Assembly: GCA_902540275.1 (NCBI GenBank)
Contig: CACBMB010000008.1
Coordinates: forward strand, 9,623 to 73,622
Direction: 5' to 3'
DNA length: 64,000 nucleotides
Source: an uncultured Pelagibacteraceae bacterium
Lineage (GTDB): Bacteria > Pseudomonadota > Alphaproteobacteria > Pelagibacterales > Pelagibacteraceae
Shown here: one piece after another, positions 8,917 to 17,591 of the stretch
Layout of the letters: every line of letters begins with the position of its first letter
Position numbering within the stretch: the stretch's first letter is position 1
Position numbers and translations under genes: made by a program
Notes under the pieces: generated by a model
Told to the model about the DNA's origin: nothing
What the model saw: the letters and a program-made list of their open reading frames with translations, nothing else
Database searches by the model: none

Positions 8917-11216
8917 AAAATGAGCAGTTATTAAAAGGACAAAGTATACCACACGATAGTGCAGATAAGCATGTGACTGGTTTAGCTCAATATACAGATG
9001 ATGTTAGTGAGCCATTAAATACTCTCCATGGAGCTATTGGATGGAGCAAAAAAGCTCATGCAAAAATAAAAAAGATTGATTTAAAAGATGTTAGAGAAAG
9101 TGAAGGAGTGATATCCATCGTCACTTATAAAGATATTCCGGGAAGAAATGATGTTGGCCCAGTCTTTGACGGAGATCCAATATTTCCAAAAACAAAAATT
9201 GAATACTTTGGTCAGCCTTTATTTGCTGTTGCAGCAATTTCGACTGAATTAGCAAGAAAAGCTGTTTTAAAGGCAAAAGTCACCTATGAGGAATTAAAAC
9301 CAATTGCTACCATAGAGGATGCATTGAAAAAAAATAATCTTCTATTTGAACCTAGAATTATTAAAAAGGGCGATCCTCAAAATAAAATAATTAGATCAAA
9401 AAATAAATTAAAAGGTAAATTTAATACCGGTAGCCAAGAACATTTTTATTTAGAAGGACAAGTTTGCCTAGTCATTCCCCAAGAAGATAATAATTTAACA
9501 GTTTACAGCTCAACACAACATCCCTCTGAAACGCAACAGATTGTTGCTAAGATGTTAAAACAAAAAAGTAATTCTATTACAGTACTGGTAAGAAGAATTG
9601 GTGGTGGATTTGGTGGTAAAGAAACAAACTTTATGACAGCTGCAATTTGTGCATTATTATCACATAAAACTGGTAAACCAATTAAATTAAGATTGGATAG
9701 AGATGACGATATTATAATTACTGGTAAGAGACACGACTTTTATTCTGAATACGAAGTTGGATTTAATGACAATGGTAAAATAGAAGGGTTGAAGCTGAAA
9801 CTTGCATCTAGATGCGGAATGTCACCAGATTTATCTTATGCTATTAATGAGAGAGCTTTGTTACATTTAGATAATGCTTATTATTTATCAGATTTAGAAG
9901 TTAAAAATTATCTTTGTAAAACTAATACCTCATCTTCAACTGCATTCAGAGGATTTGGTGGTAATCAAGGTATGATGGCTATAGAAAATATAATCGATAA
10001 CATAGCCAGATTTTTAAAAAAGGATCCTAGCGAAGTAAGAAAAAATAATTTTTATGGTTTAAAAGAGAGAAACATTACTCATTATGGGATGAAAATTAAT
10101 GATAATGTAATTCATGATATTTTTAAAAATTTATTAGATAAATCAAATTATAAAAAAAGATATGAGGATATTAAAAATTTTAATTTAAAAAATAATTATA
10201 AAAAAAAAGGTATAGCTTTAACACCTGTAAAATTTGGTATTTCTTTTACAACCATTCACTTAAATCAAGCTGGGGCGTTAGTACATATTTATACAGATGG
10301 TAGTGTTTACTTGAATCATGGGGGTATAGAAATGGGTCAAGGAACTCATACTAAAATTGCACAGCTTGTAGCTAATACGTTTGGTTTACCTTTTGAAAAA
10401 GTGAAAATTTCATCAACAAATACCTCTAAAGTTCCAAATACATCTGCTAGCGCTGCATCTTCCACAACAGATTTAAATGGTGCCGCCACTTTAAACGCAG
10501 CTGGAAAAATTAAAAAAAATATAAATAATTTTATAAGAGATAAGTATAAGATTTATTCAAAAATTGAACCTACTTATAAAAATCAAAATATTTATTTTGG
10601 AAATAGAATATTTAATTTTAAAAAGATAATAGAAGAAGCTTACTTAAATAGAATATCTCTTTCTTCATCGGGATTTTATTCAACACCAAAAATTAATTTT
10701 GACAAAAAAAAATTTCATGGAAGACCATTTTATTATTTTTGTTATGGTGCTGCAGTATCGGAAGTTACAATTGATACACTTACAGGAGAGAATAAAGTTG
10801 ATAGGGTCGATATAGTTCATGATGCGGGAAATGCAATTAATCCAGCATTAGAACTTGGTCAAATTGAAGGTGGTTTTGTTCAAGGCCAAGGCTGGTTAAC
10901 AATGGAAGAAGTAGTTTGGGATAAATCTGGTAAATTAAAAACCTTTTCACCATCCACATATAAAATACCCGCAGTCACTGATACACCTGATAAGTTTAAT
11001 GTAGAGATTTTTGAGAAAGGATCTAATGTTGAAAATGTTGTAAATAAACAAAAAACTACTGGAGAACCTCCTTTAATGCTTGCGATGAGTGTTTTTTTTG
11101 CAATTAAAGATGCAATAGCATCTGTGGTAGACTACAAAAAAACACCAAAGTTAGATGCGCCAGCAACTCCCGAAAAAATATTAATGAGTATAAGTGAACT
11201 GAAAAGCAAAATTTAG
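8913..11216 (+). CDS. xdhB: xanthine dehydrogenase molybdopterin-binding large subunit
   Basis: 767 aa with RRIGGGFGGKE, AFRGFGG and TGEPPL motifs. The start overlaps the xdhA stop by 4 nt. Confidence 0.9.
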   Translation: MKNEQLLKGQSIPHDSADKHVTGLAQYTDDVSEPLNTLHGAIGWSKKAHAKIKKIDLKDVRESEGVISIVTYKDIPGRNDVGPVFDGDPIFPKTKIEYFGQPLFAVAAISTELARKAVLKAKVTYEELKPIATIEDALKKNNLLFEPRIIKKGDPQNKIIRSKNKLKGKFNTGSQEHFYLEGQVCLVIPQEDNNLTVYSSTQHPSETQQIVAKMLKQKSNSITVLVRRIGGGFGGKETNFMTAAICALLSHKTGKPIKLRLDRDDDIIITGKRHDFYSEYEVGFNDNGKIEGLKLKLASRCGMSPDLSYAINERALLHLDNAYYLSDLEVKNYLCKTNTSSSTAFRGFGGNQGMMAIENIIDNIARFLKKDPSEVRKNNFYGLKERNITHYGMKINDNVIHDIFKNLLDKSNYKKRYEDIKNFNLKNNYKKKGIALTPVKFGISFTTIHLNQAGALVHIYTDGSVYLNHGGIEMGQGTHTKIAQLVANTFGLPFEKVKISSTNTSKVPNTSASAASSTTDLNGAATLNAAGKIKKNINNFIRDKYKIYSKIEPTYKNQNIYFGNRIFNFKKIIEEAYLNRISLSSSGFYSTPKINFDKKKFHGRPFYYFCYGAAVSEVTIDTLTGENKVDRVDIVHDAGNAINPALELGQIEGGFVQGQGWLTMEEVVWDKSGKLKTFSPSTYKIPAVTDTPDKFNVEIFEKGSNVENVVNKQKTTGEPPLMLAMSVFFAIKDAIASVVDYKKTPKLDAPATPEKILMSISELKSKI

Positions 11217-11220
11217 TTAT

Positions 11221-11691
11221 ATGAAAGATAAATCAAAATTTATGTTAAGAGCAATTGATTTATCAATTCAAAGTGCAAAAACTAAAGGTGGGCCATTTGG
11301 CTGTGTAATAGTCAAAGAAAACAAAATTATAGCGGAAGGTTTTAATCAAGTTACCTCAAATAAAGACCCAACTGCTCATGCAGAAATTGTAGCAATTAGA
11401 AATGCATGTAAAAATTTAAATGATTTTTTTTTAAAAGGATGTGATCTATATTCAACTTGTGAGCCGTGTCCTATGTGTTTGTCAGCGATATATTGGGCTC
11501 ATATTGATAACATCTTTTTTGCTAATACTAGAATGGATGCTAAGAATATAGACTTTGATGATTCATTTATTTACTCTGAAATAAATAAAGAGATTAATGA
11601 CAGAAAAATTAAAATGACACAAATGCATAGAGATGAAGCTTTAGAGGCATTTGAAATTTGGAAAAATAAAGAAGACAAAATAAAATACTAA
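11221..11691 (+). CDS. guaD: guanine deaminase (CDA-fold, GuaD type)
   Basis: Close by eye to B. subtilis GuaD: GGPFGCVIVK, DPTAHAEIVAIR, CEPCPMCLSAIYWA, DFDDSFIYSEI. Confidence 0.8.
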   Translation: MKDKSKFMLRAIDLSIQSAKTKGGPFGCVIVKENKIIAEGFNQVTSNKDPTAHAEIVAIRNACKNLNDFFLKGCDLYSTCEPCPMCLSAIYWAHIDNIFFANTRMDAKNIDFDDSFIYSEINKEINDRKIKMTQMHRDEALEAFEIWKNKEDKIKY

Positions 11692-12597
11692 ATGGAAATA
11701 CTTAGCTATACACTTAAATGGTCTGAGGCAATTTTAAGATGGGGACATGTACTATTTGCAATTCTATGGGTAGGGAATAGTTTTTTATTCAATTATCTAG
11801 ATAACAAACTTAACAAAGATCTTAAATCCGAAGAAATAGACGGTGAAGGTTATTTAATGCATTCAGGTTTTTATTATAAATTACAAAGACTTAAAACATC
11901 ACCTAATAAAATTTTTTTGAATCAATTAGTAATATTTAAATGGCAAAGCTACCTAACATTTATAACTGGAATACTGTTACTTGCAGTAATTTATTATTAC
12001 AATGCTGGTATTTTAATGGTTGATAAAAGAGTAATGACTTTGACTCCATCTACAGCAATTATATATTCAATTTTATCTATATTTATTTCTTGGTTAATTT
12101 ATGATTTTTTATGCAAATCACGTCTGATTAGAAATAATTTTTTATTCTTATTAACAATGTTTATTCTATTATGTATTTTATCTTTTGTTTTAACAAAAAT
12201 TTTTGGACCAAAATTTGCTATCTTAAGTGTTGGTTTGATAATAGGAACAAATATGTTTGCAAACGTTTTAACAGTTATTATTCCAAACCAAATGAATATT
12301 ATTAACAGCAGTAAAGAAAATAAAGAAGTTGATATAAGCCTATCCTTAGCAGCTAAACAAAGATCAATTCACAATAATTATTCAACATTTCTAGTTTTAT
12401 TCATAATGTTATCAGGACATTATAGTTTTTTAGTATATCATAAATATAATTGGTTAATTCTATGTTTAATTGGAATTATTTCTGTAATGGCAAGACACTA
12501 TTTTAATCTAAGGGGAAGAAATATTAATAAACCAAGTATTTTGTTTGGATCAATCATTGCTTTAATATTACTTGCTGGTATTATTTTTTATATTTAA
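11692..12597 (+). CDS. PuuD-like (DUF989/Urate_ox_N) integral membrane protein, no cytochrome c domain
   Basis: N-terminus ILRWGHVLFAILWVGNSFLFNYLDNKL resembles the membrane domain of urate hydroxylase PuuD. Multi-TM protein of 301 aa. No CxxCH motif anywhere. Confidence 0.6.
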   Translation: MEILSYTLKWSEAILRWGHVLFAILWVGNSFLFNYLDNKLNKDLKSEEIDGEGYLMHSGFYYKLQRLKTSPNKIFLNQLVIFKWQSYLTFITGILLLAVIYYYNAGILMVDKRVMTLTPSTAIIYSILSIFISWLIYDFLCKSRLIRNNFLFLLTMFILLCILSFVLTKIFGPKFAILSVGLIIGTNMFANVLTVIIPNQMNIINSSKENKEVDISLSLAAKQRSIHNNYSTFLVLFIMLSGHYSFLVYHKYNWLILCLIGIISVMARHYFNLRGRNINKPSILFGSIIALILLAGIIFYI

Positions 12598-12611
12598 AAC
12601 ATAATCTAGAA

Positions 12612-13136
12612 ATGTCAGAAAAATTAATTGTTAGCTGGGATGACTATAATAAGACGGTAGAAAAATTAGCTATCATGATTGATGAAAGTGGTTACAAGCC
12701 TGACATATTGATTGGTATTATGAGAGGTGCTGCTCCTATGATCGATGTATTAAGCAGAATATTTAAATTGAAATGTGCTTATTTAGCAGTTGAGTCATAT
12801 AGTGGAAAAGGTGTTGAGGACGAACAGGGTGATATAGTTTTTTCAAGAGAAATGAGTTCAATTGCTCCAAACATGGGTGGCAGAATACTTCTTTGTGATG
12901 ATTTATCGGATACCGGGATAACATTTAACAAAAGTATTGATTGGTTAAAAAAATATGAGCCGATTAAAGGTAAAATAGATGATATCAAAACAGCAACTCT
13001 TTGGAAAAAACAAAAATCTACATTTGAACCTGATTTTTGCTCAACGAGATTAAAAGACAATCCTTGGATAGTTCAACCTTTTGAAATTTATGAGGAAATA
13101 AGGATTGAAGAAATTAAAAAAAAACACCAAAAATAA
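12612..13136 (+). CDS. gpt: purine phosphoribosyltransferase, Gpt-like
   Basis: MSEKLIVSWDD start and PRPP loop ILLCDDLSDTGITF; C-terminal W..QPFE. Resembles E. coli Gpt by eye. Confidence 0.65.
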   Translation: MSEKLIVSWDDYNKTVEKLAIMIDESGYKPDILIGIMRGAAPMIDVLSRIFKLKCAYLAVESYSGKGVEDEQGDIVFSREMSSIAPNMGGRILLCDDLSDTGITFNKSIDWLKKYEPIKGKIDDIKTATLWKKQKSTFEPDFCSTRLKDNPWIVQPFEIYEEIRIEEIKKKHQK

Positions 13137-13169
13137 AAAAGGCGATCTAAAATTTAGACCGCCTTTTTT
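13135..13169. terminator. bidirectional rho-independent terminator between convergent gpt-like and permease genes
   Basis: AAAAAA-GGCGATCTA-aaatt-TAGACCGCC-TTTTTT: 9-bp stem with one mismatch, flanked by an A-run and a T-run. Confidence 0.7.
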
Positions 13170-13182
13170 AAAAATTATCTCT

Positions 13183-14469
13183 TTAAGCTACTGCAAAACT
13201 TACAACACTAAGTGCTGCAATTACCCAAATAGCTGGGCTTACATCAAATTTACCAGTAAGAATTTTGATTGCAGCATAAGCTATAAAAGCTAAAGCTATT
13301 CCATGAGAAATAGAATAAGTAAATGGCATAGCCAACATAGCAAGGACAGCAGGTCCTGACTCAGCAATATCGTCCCATTCAATATCTGTAATATTTCTAA
13401 CAAATAGTGTAGCAATATAAATCAATGCAGCACCATCAATTTCTTTAGGTAAACTAGTAGCTAATGGACTGAAAAACAAACATAGCAAGAAAAGCACACC
13501 TATTACTAAAGATGTCATTCCAGTTTTACCACCAGCTTTAACTCCAGCCGCTGACTCAACATATGTTGTTACAGTAGATGTTCCCATCATTGCACCAGCA
13601 ACTGTTGAAACACTGTCTGAAAGCATAGCTTTGTCAATGTCTTGAATTTTACCATCTTTACCAATTTTTCCGGCTACATTAGCAACACTCGTAAGTGTTC
13701 CCGCTGTATCAAAAAAGTCTATAAAGAATAAAGTAAAAACAACAGTAACCATTGATGCAGATAGAGCAGCACCAAGATCAAACTCAAATAAGTAAGTCAT
13801 TGGTGGTGGTGAAGACACAACACCATTAAATTTACCAACTCCAGTTAACCAAGCTATTGCACTAAATACAAGTATACCTATGATTATGTTTCCTTTAATT
13901 CCTTTTTTCTCCATAACTATCATAGAGACAAAAGCTCCAGCACCAAGTAAAAGAAGTGGATTTGATAAATCCCCCAATTGAACTAAAGTTACAGGATTAT
14001 CCGCTGTTAATCCCATAATTTCAAATCCAATAATTGCAAGAAACATTCCTATTCCTGCTCCAATACCAAGCTTTAAACTCTTTGGAATTGAGTTAATTAA
14101 CCAAGCTCTGATTGGTGTAAGTGAAATTATTAAGAACACTACACCGGCTACCAATACAGCTCCTAAAGCTTCTGCAGGAGTATATTCCATTCCAAGACAA
14201 ACACCGTATGCAATAAATGCATTTATTCCCATACCAGGTGCAAGTCCAACAGGCCAGGTCTTCGCATAAAAAGCAGCAATGAAACATGCAAGTGCCGTCG
14301 CACATGCTGTAGCAGTAAATACACCACCAAAATCAAAGCCACCATCAGCTAATATGACTGGATTTAAAAACATTATGTATGCCATTGTTAAGAAAGTAGA
14401 AACTCCGGCAACGACTTCTGTTTTAAAATCAGTCTTATGTTTTTTATAGTTAAAGTAGTTATCTAACAT
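13183..14469 (-). CDS. NCS2/AzgA-family purine (adenine/guanine/hypoxanthine) permease
   Basis: 428 aa. The N-terminus FKTEVVAGVSTFLTMAYIMFLNPVILA is typical of the family. Strong GGAGG RBS 5 nt upstream of the ATG. Confidence 0.85.
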   Translation of the reverse strand: MLDNYFNYKKHKTDFKTEVVAGVSTFLTMAYIMFLNPVILADGGFDFGGVFTATACATALACFIAAFYAKTWPVGLAPGMGINAFIAYGVCLGMEYTPAEALGAVLVAGVVFLIISLTPIRAWLINSIPKSLKLGIGAGIGMFLAIIGFEIMGLTADNPVTLVQLGDLSNPLLLLGAGAFVSMIVMEKKGIKGNIIIGILVFSAIAWLTGVGKFNGVVSSPPPMTYLFEFDLGAALSASMVTVVFTLFFIDFFDTAGTLTSVANVAGKIGKDGKIQDIDKAMLSDSVSTVAGAMMGTSTVTTYVESAAGVKAGGKTGMTSLVIGVLFLLCLFFSPLATSLPKEIDGAALIYIATLFVRNITDIEWDDIAESGPAVLAMLAMPFTYSISHGIALAFIAYAAIKILTGKFDVSPAIWVIAALSVVSFAVA

Positions 14470-14615
14470 TAGACCTCCATTTTTCAGTACAGTATTTGAT
14501 TCGAATTGAAAAATCCTTTTACAGTTAGTTCAATTTAGTTAATTTGTTGTTAAGTTAATAATTTTTACAACCTGAGGTTAATTATTATATTTACTTTATA
14601 TGATATTATAAATTG

Positions 14616-14918
14616 ATGAATTTAAAAAAATTAATAATTGTTTTCTTCATTTCTTTTTTATTTGTTGGTTGTCAAACAATAAAAGAAAAATCCGATGCAG
14701 TAGCTGAAAAAGAAAATAAAGAGTATGGAAGTTTAGTTGGTAAAACTCTAAATGAATTAAAAATAGAATTAGGAAATCCAACAGAAGATTTTTTGAATGA
14801 AGCTGGGAATAAAGTTTTGATTTACAAATCAAAAAAATTTGGAATCCCTTGTGATAGAAAATTTGAACTAGATAGCAATAATACTATTATTAGCTTTTCA
14901 TCAAGTGGGTGTATTTAA
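14616..14918 (+). CDS. small lipoprotein, function unknown
   Basis: Signal peptide with lipobox LFVGC. The track starts at TTG 14613; ATG 14616 is more likely. Confidence 0.5.
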   Translation: MNLKKLIIVFFISFLFVGCQTIKEKSDAVAEKENKEYGSLVGKTLNELKIELGNPTEDFLNEAGNKVLIYKSKKFGIPCDRKFELDSNNTIISFSSSGCI

Positions 14919-14934
14919 AATGTTATAGATTTTA

Positions 14935-14956
14935 CTTGTGGGGAAATCCCCACAAG
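14935..14956. terminator. hairpin between convergent lipoprotein and hsp20 genes
   Basis: CTTGTGGGG-aaat-CCCCACAAG, a perfect 9-bp stem. The U-tracts are poor, so terminator function is tentative. Confidence 0.5.
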
Positions 14957-14968
14957 CAAGGTTTGCAC

Positions 14969-15415
14969 TTATTTAATTTCAATAAGTCTTTTTTTCTTAT
15001 GATCTGGTAAAATTCTTTCACAAGCTACTGTTAAAAGACCATCTTTTAACTGTGCGCTATTTACTTTTACATCATCTGCAATTGTAAATGACCTAGCAAA
15101 TTGCCTTTGTGAAATACCTCTATGAATAACTTCACCATCTTCATTTTTGTTTTCAGAATTTTTGACCTGTTTAGTTCTAACGGTCAATAAATTATCCTCA
15201 AACTCAACTTCAACATCATCTTTATTAAAACCGGCAAGAGCAACTTCTATTGCATAATTGTCCTTTCCTGTTTTTCTAATGTTGTATGGTGGATAATTTG
15301 ACTGCATAGTCAAACCTCCATTACCCAACATATTTTCAAATTGATCAAACATATCGTCAAAACCAATTGAAAAGGGCCTTAATGAGTTGAATATAGATAG
15401 ATCCTTACTTGTCAT
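14969..15415 (-). CDS. small heat-shock protein (Hsp20/alpha-crystallin, IbpA-like)
   Basis: 148 aa with PPYNI...Y.IEVALAGF and GLL.V alpha-crystallin core wording. Confidence 0.85.
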   Translation of the reverse strand: MTSKDLSIFNSLRPFSIGFDDMFDQFENMLGNGGLTMQSNYPPYNIRKTGKDNYAIEVALAGFNKDDVEVEFEDNLLTVRTKQVKNSENKNEDGEVIHRGISQRQFARSFTIADDVKVNSAQLKDGLLTVACERILPDHKKKRLIEIK

Positions 15416-15471
15416 ATATATCCTCCTTTTTAAGCAAGTTTATTTATGTAAGCCCCAATAGGCGACTTACC
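15416..15471 (-). promoter_or_regulatory. ROSE-like RNA-thermometer candidate in the hsp20 5'UTR
   Basis: The minus-strand RNA reads ...AAACUUGCUUAAAAAGGAGGAUAUAUAUG. CUUGCUU can pair with the SD GGAGG, leaving the G bulged (15422-15438), which is the ROSE UYGCU/SD arrangement. A second hairpin, GTAAG...CTTAC, lies at 15448-15470. Confidence 0.45.
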
Positions 15472-15477
15472 TAATTT

Positions 15478-15505
15478 AGATAAGAATTAATTAAATTTTT
15501 TCAAG
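15478..15505 (-). promoter_or_regulatory. RpoH (sigma32)-type promoter of hsp20
   Basis: The minus strand reads CTTG-N17-CTTATCT, matching the alphaproteobacterial RpoH consensus CTTG-N17-CYTATNT. Confidence 0.5.
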
Positions 15506-15514
15506 ATGGAAAAA

Positions 15515-17590
15515 TTAAATTTTTTCAGAAATTTTTAGAGCAAATGCATAATCAAAAGCTATTTCCTCGATAGCACCATCACGACCTGATTTACCACCAT
15601 GACCTGCGTTCATTTCTGTCTTAAGAAGAAGTAAATTATAATCTGTTTTAAAATCTCTAAGCTTAGCAGTGAATTTTGTTGGCTCATCAAACAATACTCT
15701 ATTATCACTTAGACTTGTAGTAATTAGCATGTGTGGGTAATCCATTTTTTTAATATTGTTATATGGAGCGTAAGAAAAAATATATTTAAAATGTTCCTCA
15801 TTATCTTTTGCATTACCAAACTCATCGAATTCACCAACTGTCAATGGTAAAGAATGATCAAGATTTGTTGTTAAAGAATCAACAAATGGTACAGCCATGA
15901 TTACTCCCAAAAAAAATTCAGGTGATTGATTGACAACTGCTCCCATTAATAAACCTCCAGCTGATCCACCCATACCAATTATTTTTCCTTTAGATGAATA
16001 TTTCTTTTCAATCAAATATTTTGCAACAAAGATATAGTCTTCAAAAGTATTTTTTTTATTTAAAAGTTTTCCTTCTTTCCACCATTTCATTCCTCTTTCC
16101 ATTCCGCCTCTAATATGAGCAGTCACCCAAATAATATCTCTATCAACTAAACTAAACTTAGTTGAGGAAAAATCTGGAGTCATAGAGCTTCCATAAGATC
16201 CATAACCGTATAAAAGTAAATTAGCCGATCCATCAATTTTTGTTTTTTTATGTCTTGTTATTGTAATTGGAACGAGTCTTCCATCATGAGATGGACATTC
16301 TAATCTTTCCACAATGTAATCATCTGGATTATGACCTGATGGAATTTCTTGTTCCTTAATTAATTTTTTATCTTTCGTTTTTAAGTTGTACAAATAAGTT
16401 TTATTGGGTGTTTTTGGAGAAGAGTAAGAAAGATAAACTAAATCAGTATTTCTATCTCTTTGTATTAATGAAACATTTGGAACAATCACTTTTTCATCTG
16501 TAAAATTTAATTCCTCCTCAATTTCTGTTTGATTATTTTTTACAAATAATTTTCCAAGAGCATTTGATTTTTCACCTCTAATGATCCAATTATTTAAGAA
16601 AATTAGACCACCAATGAGGGTTTCATTTTTAGGGGCAATGTATATTTCCCAATTTTGTTTTGATAAATCATTGCATTTTTCAATTTTAAAATCTTCTGCA
16701 TTTTCATTAGTATGACAATAAAATAGACCATTCCAAGAATTTACAGAATAAATTATGCCCTTTTTTCTTTTTTTAATTAATTTTGGTTTTGGTTTATTTT
16801 CATTAACATCAAAATAGTACTGCTCAGACGTATTATGATCGGAAGTGGTAATAAAAAAAAATTTTTCGTCTGAACTTAAGCTTATTCCGACAGTAAAAGC
16901 ATCACTTTTTTCCTCAAAAATTAGTTCATCATTTTCAGGAGACGATCCTATTTTGTGTCTAAAAATCTTTCTAGGTCTATGAAATTCATCCAGTTTTGAG
17001 TAAAAAAAATATTTATCATCTAAACTAAAGGTAATACTTCCACTTGTATCGTCTATTTTTTCAGTAATTAATTTTTCAGAGGAAATATCTCTTAAATATA
17101 TTGTATAATATTCCGAACCTTTTAAATCTAAAGAATAACCTAAATATTTATCATTGTAGCTAACCTCCAAATCTCCTACACCAAAATATTCAGTTTTTAA
17201 TTTCTCTTTTTCTTTATCTCCATTCCAAATTTCTTCAACATTATCAGAATTAAATTTTTTTCTGAGTTTTATGGAATAATTTCCTTCAGCAGTTGTTTTC
17301 GTCCAATATTCATATTGAGTGTCTTTGAATTTTAAAGACTCATCATTTAATTTTATTCTACCTTTTATTTCTTCAAATAATTTTTTTTGATACTCTTTGG
17401 TATCTTTTAAATTATATTCTGTATAACTATTTTCCTCTTCTAGATATTTTTTAACTTCTGGAAGTAGTTTTGAACTATCTTTTAAAACTTCTAGAATATT
17501 TTTTTGATGTACCCAACTATAATCATCCTCCCATGTGATATTGTGACAAGATTTTAACTCTGGTATTTTTTTAAGTTGTGGTATTTTCAT
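15515..17590 (-). CDS. ptrB: oligopeptidase B / prolyl oligopeptidase family S9A serine protease
   Basis: About 690 aa: beta-propeller N-domain plus peptidase domain with GGSAGGLLMGAV (nucleophile Ser) and GHGG. The track starts at TTG 17599; ATG 17590 (MKIPQL) is preferred. Confidence 0.85.
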   Translation of the reverse strand: MKIPQLKKIPELKSCHNITWEDDYSWVHQKNILEVLKDSSKLLPEVKKYLEEENSYTEYNLKDTKEYQKKLFEEIKGRIKLNDESLKFKDTQYEYWTKTTAEGNYSIKLRKKFNSDNVEEIWNGDKEKEKLKTEYFGVGDLEVSYNDKYLGYSLDLKGSEYYTIYLRDISSEKLITEKIDDTSGSITFSLDDKYFFYSKLDEFHRPRKIFRHKIGSSPENDELIFEEKSDAFTVGISLSSDEKFFFITTSDHNTSEQYYFDVNENKPKPKLIKKRKKGIIYSVNSWNGLFYCHTNENAEDFKIEKCNDLSKQNWEIYIAPKNETLIGGLIFLNNWIIRGEKSNALGKLFVKNNQTEIEEELNFTDEKVIVPNVSLIQRDRNTDLVYLSYSSPKTPNKTYLYNLKTKDKKLIKEQEIPSGHNPDDYIVERLECPSHDGRLVPITITRHKKTKIDGSANLLLYGYGSYGSSMTPDFSSTKFSLVDRDIIWVTAHIRGGMERGMKWWKEGKLLNKKNTFEDYIFVAKYLIEKKYSSKGKIIGMGGSAGGLLMGAVVNQSPEFFLGVIMAVPFVDSLTTNLDHSLPLTVGEFDEFGNAKDNEEHFKYIFSYAPYNNIKKMDYPHMLITTSLSDNRVLFDEPTKFTAKLRDFKTDYNLLLLKTEMNAGHGGKSGRDGAIEEIAFDYAFALKISEKI

Positions 17591-17591
17591 A

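Noticed and set aside
13105-13293. ORF 13105..13293 (+) spanning the gpt-like/permease junction.
   Set aside because: It reads through the bidirectional terminator hairpin and the antisense of the permease 3' end, so it is not credible as a gene.
14470-14612. Possible purine riboswitch in the 143-nt leader of the AzgA-family purine permease.
   Set aside because: I read the minus-strand leader and found none of the conserved purine-riboswitch core: no GAUAUGG, no GUUUCUACC, and no CCGUAAA...GACUA junctions. It contains only AT-rich sequence and a strong GGAGG RBS.
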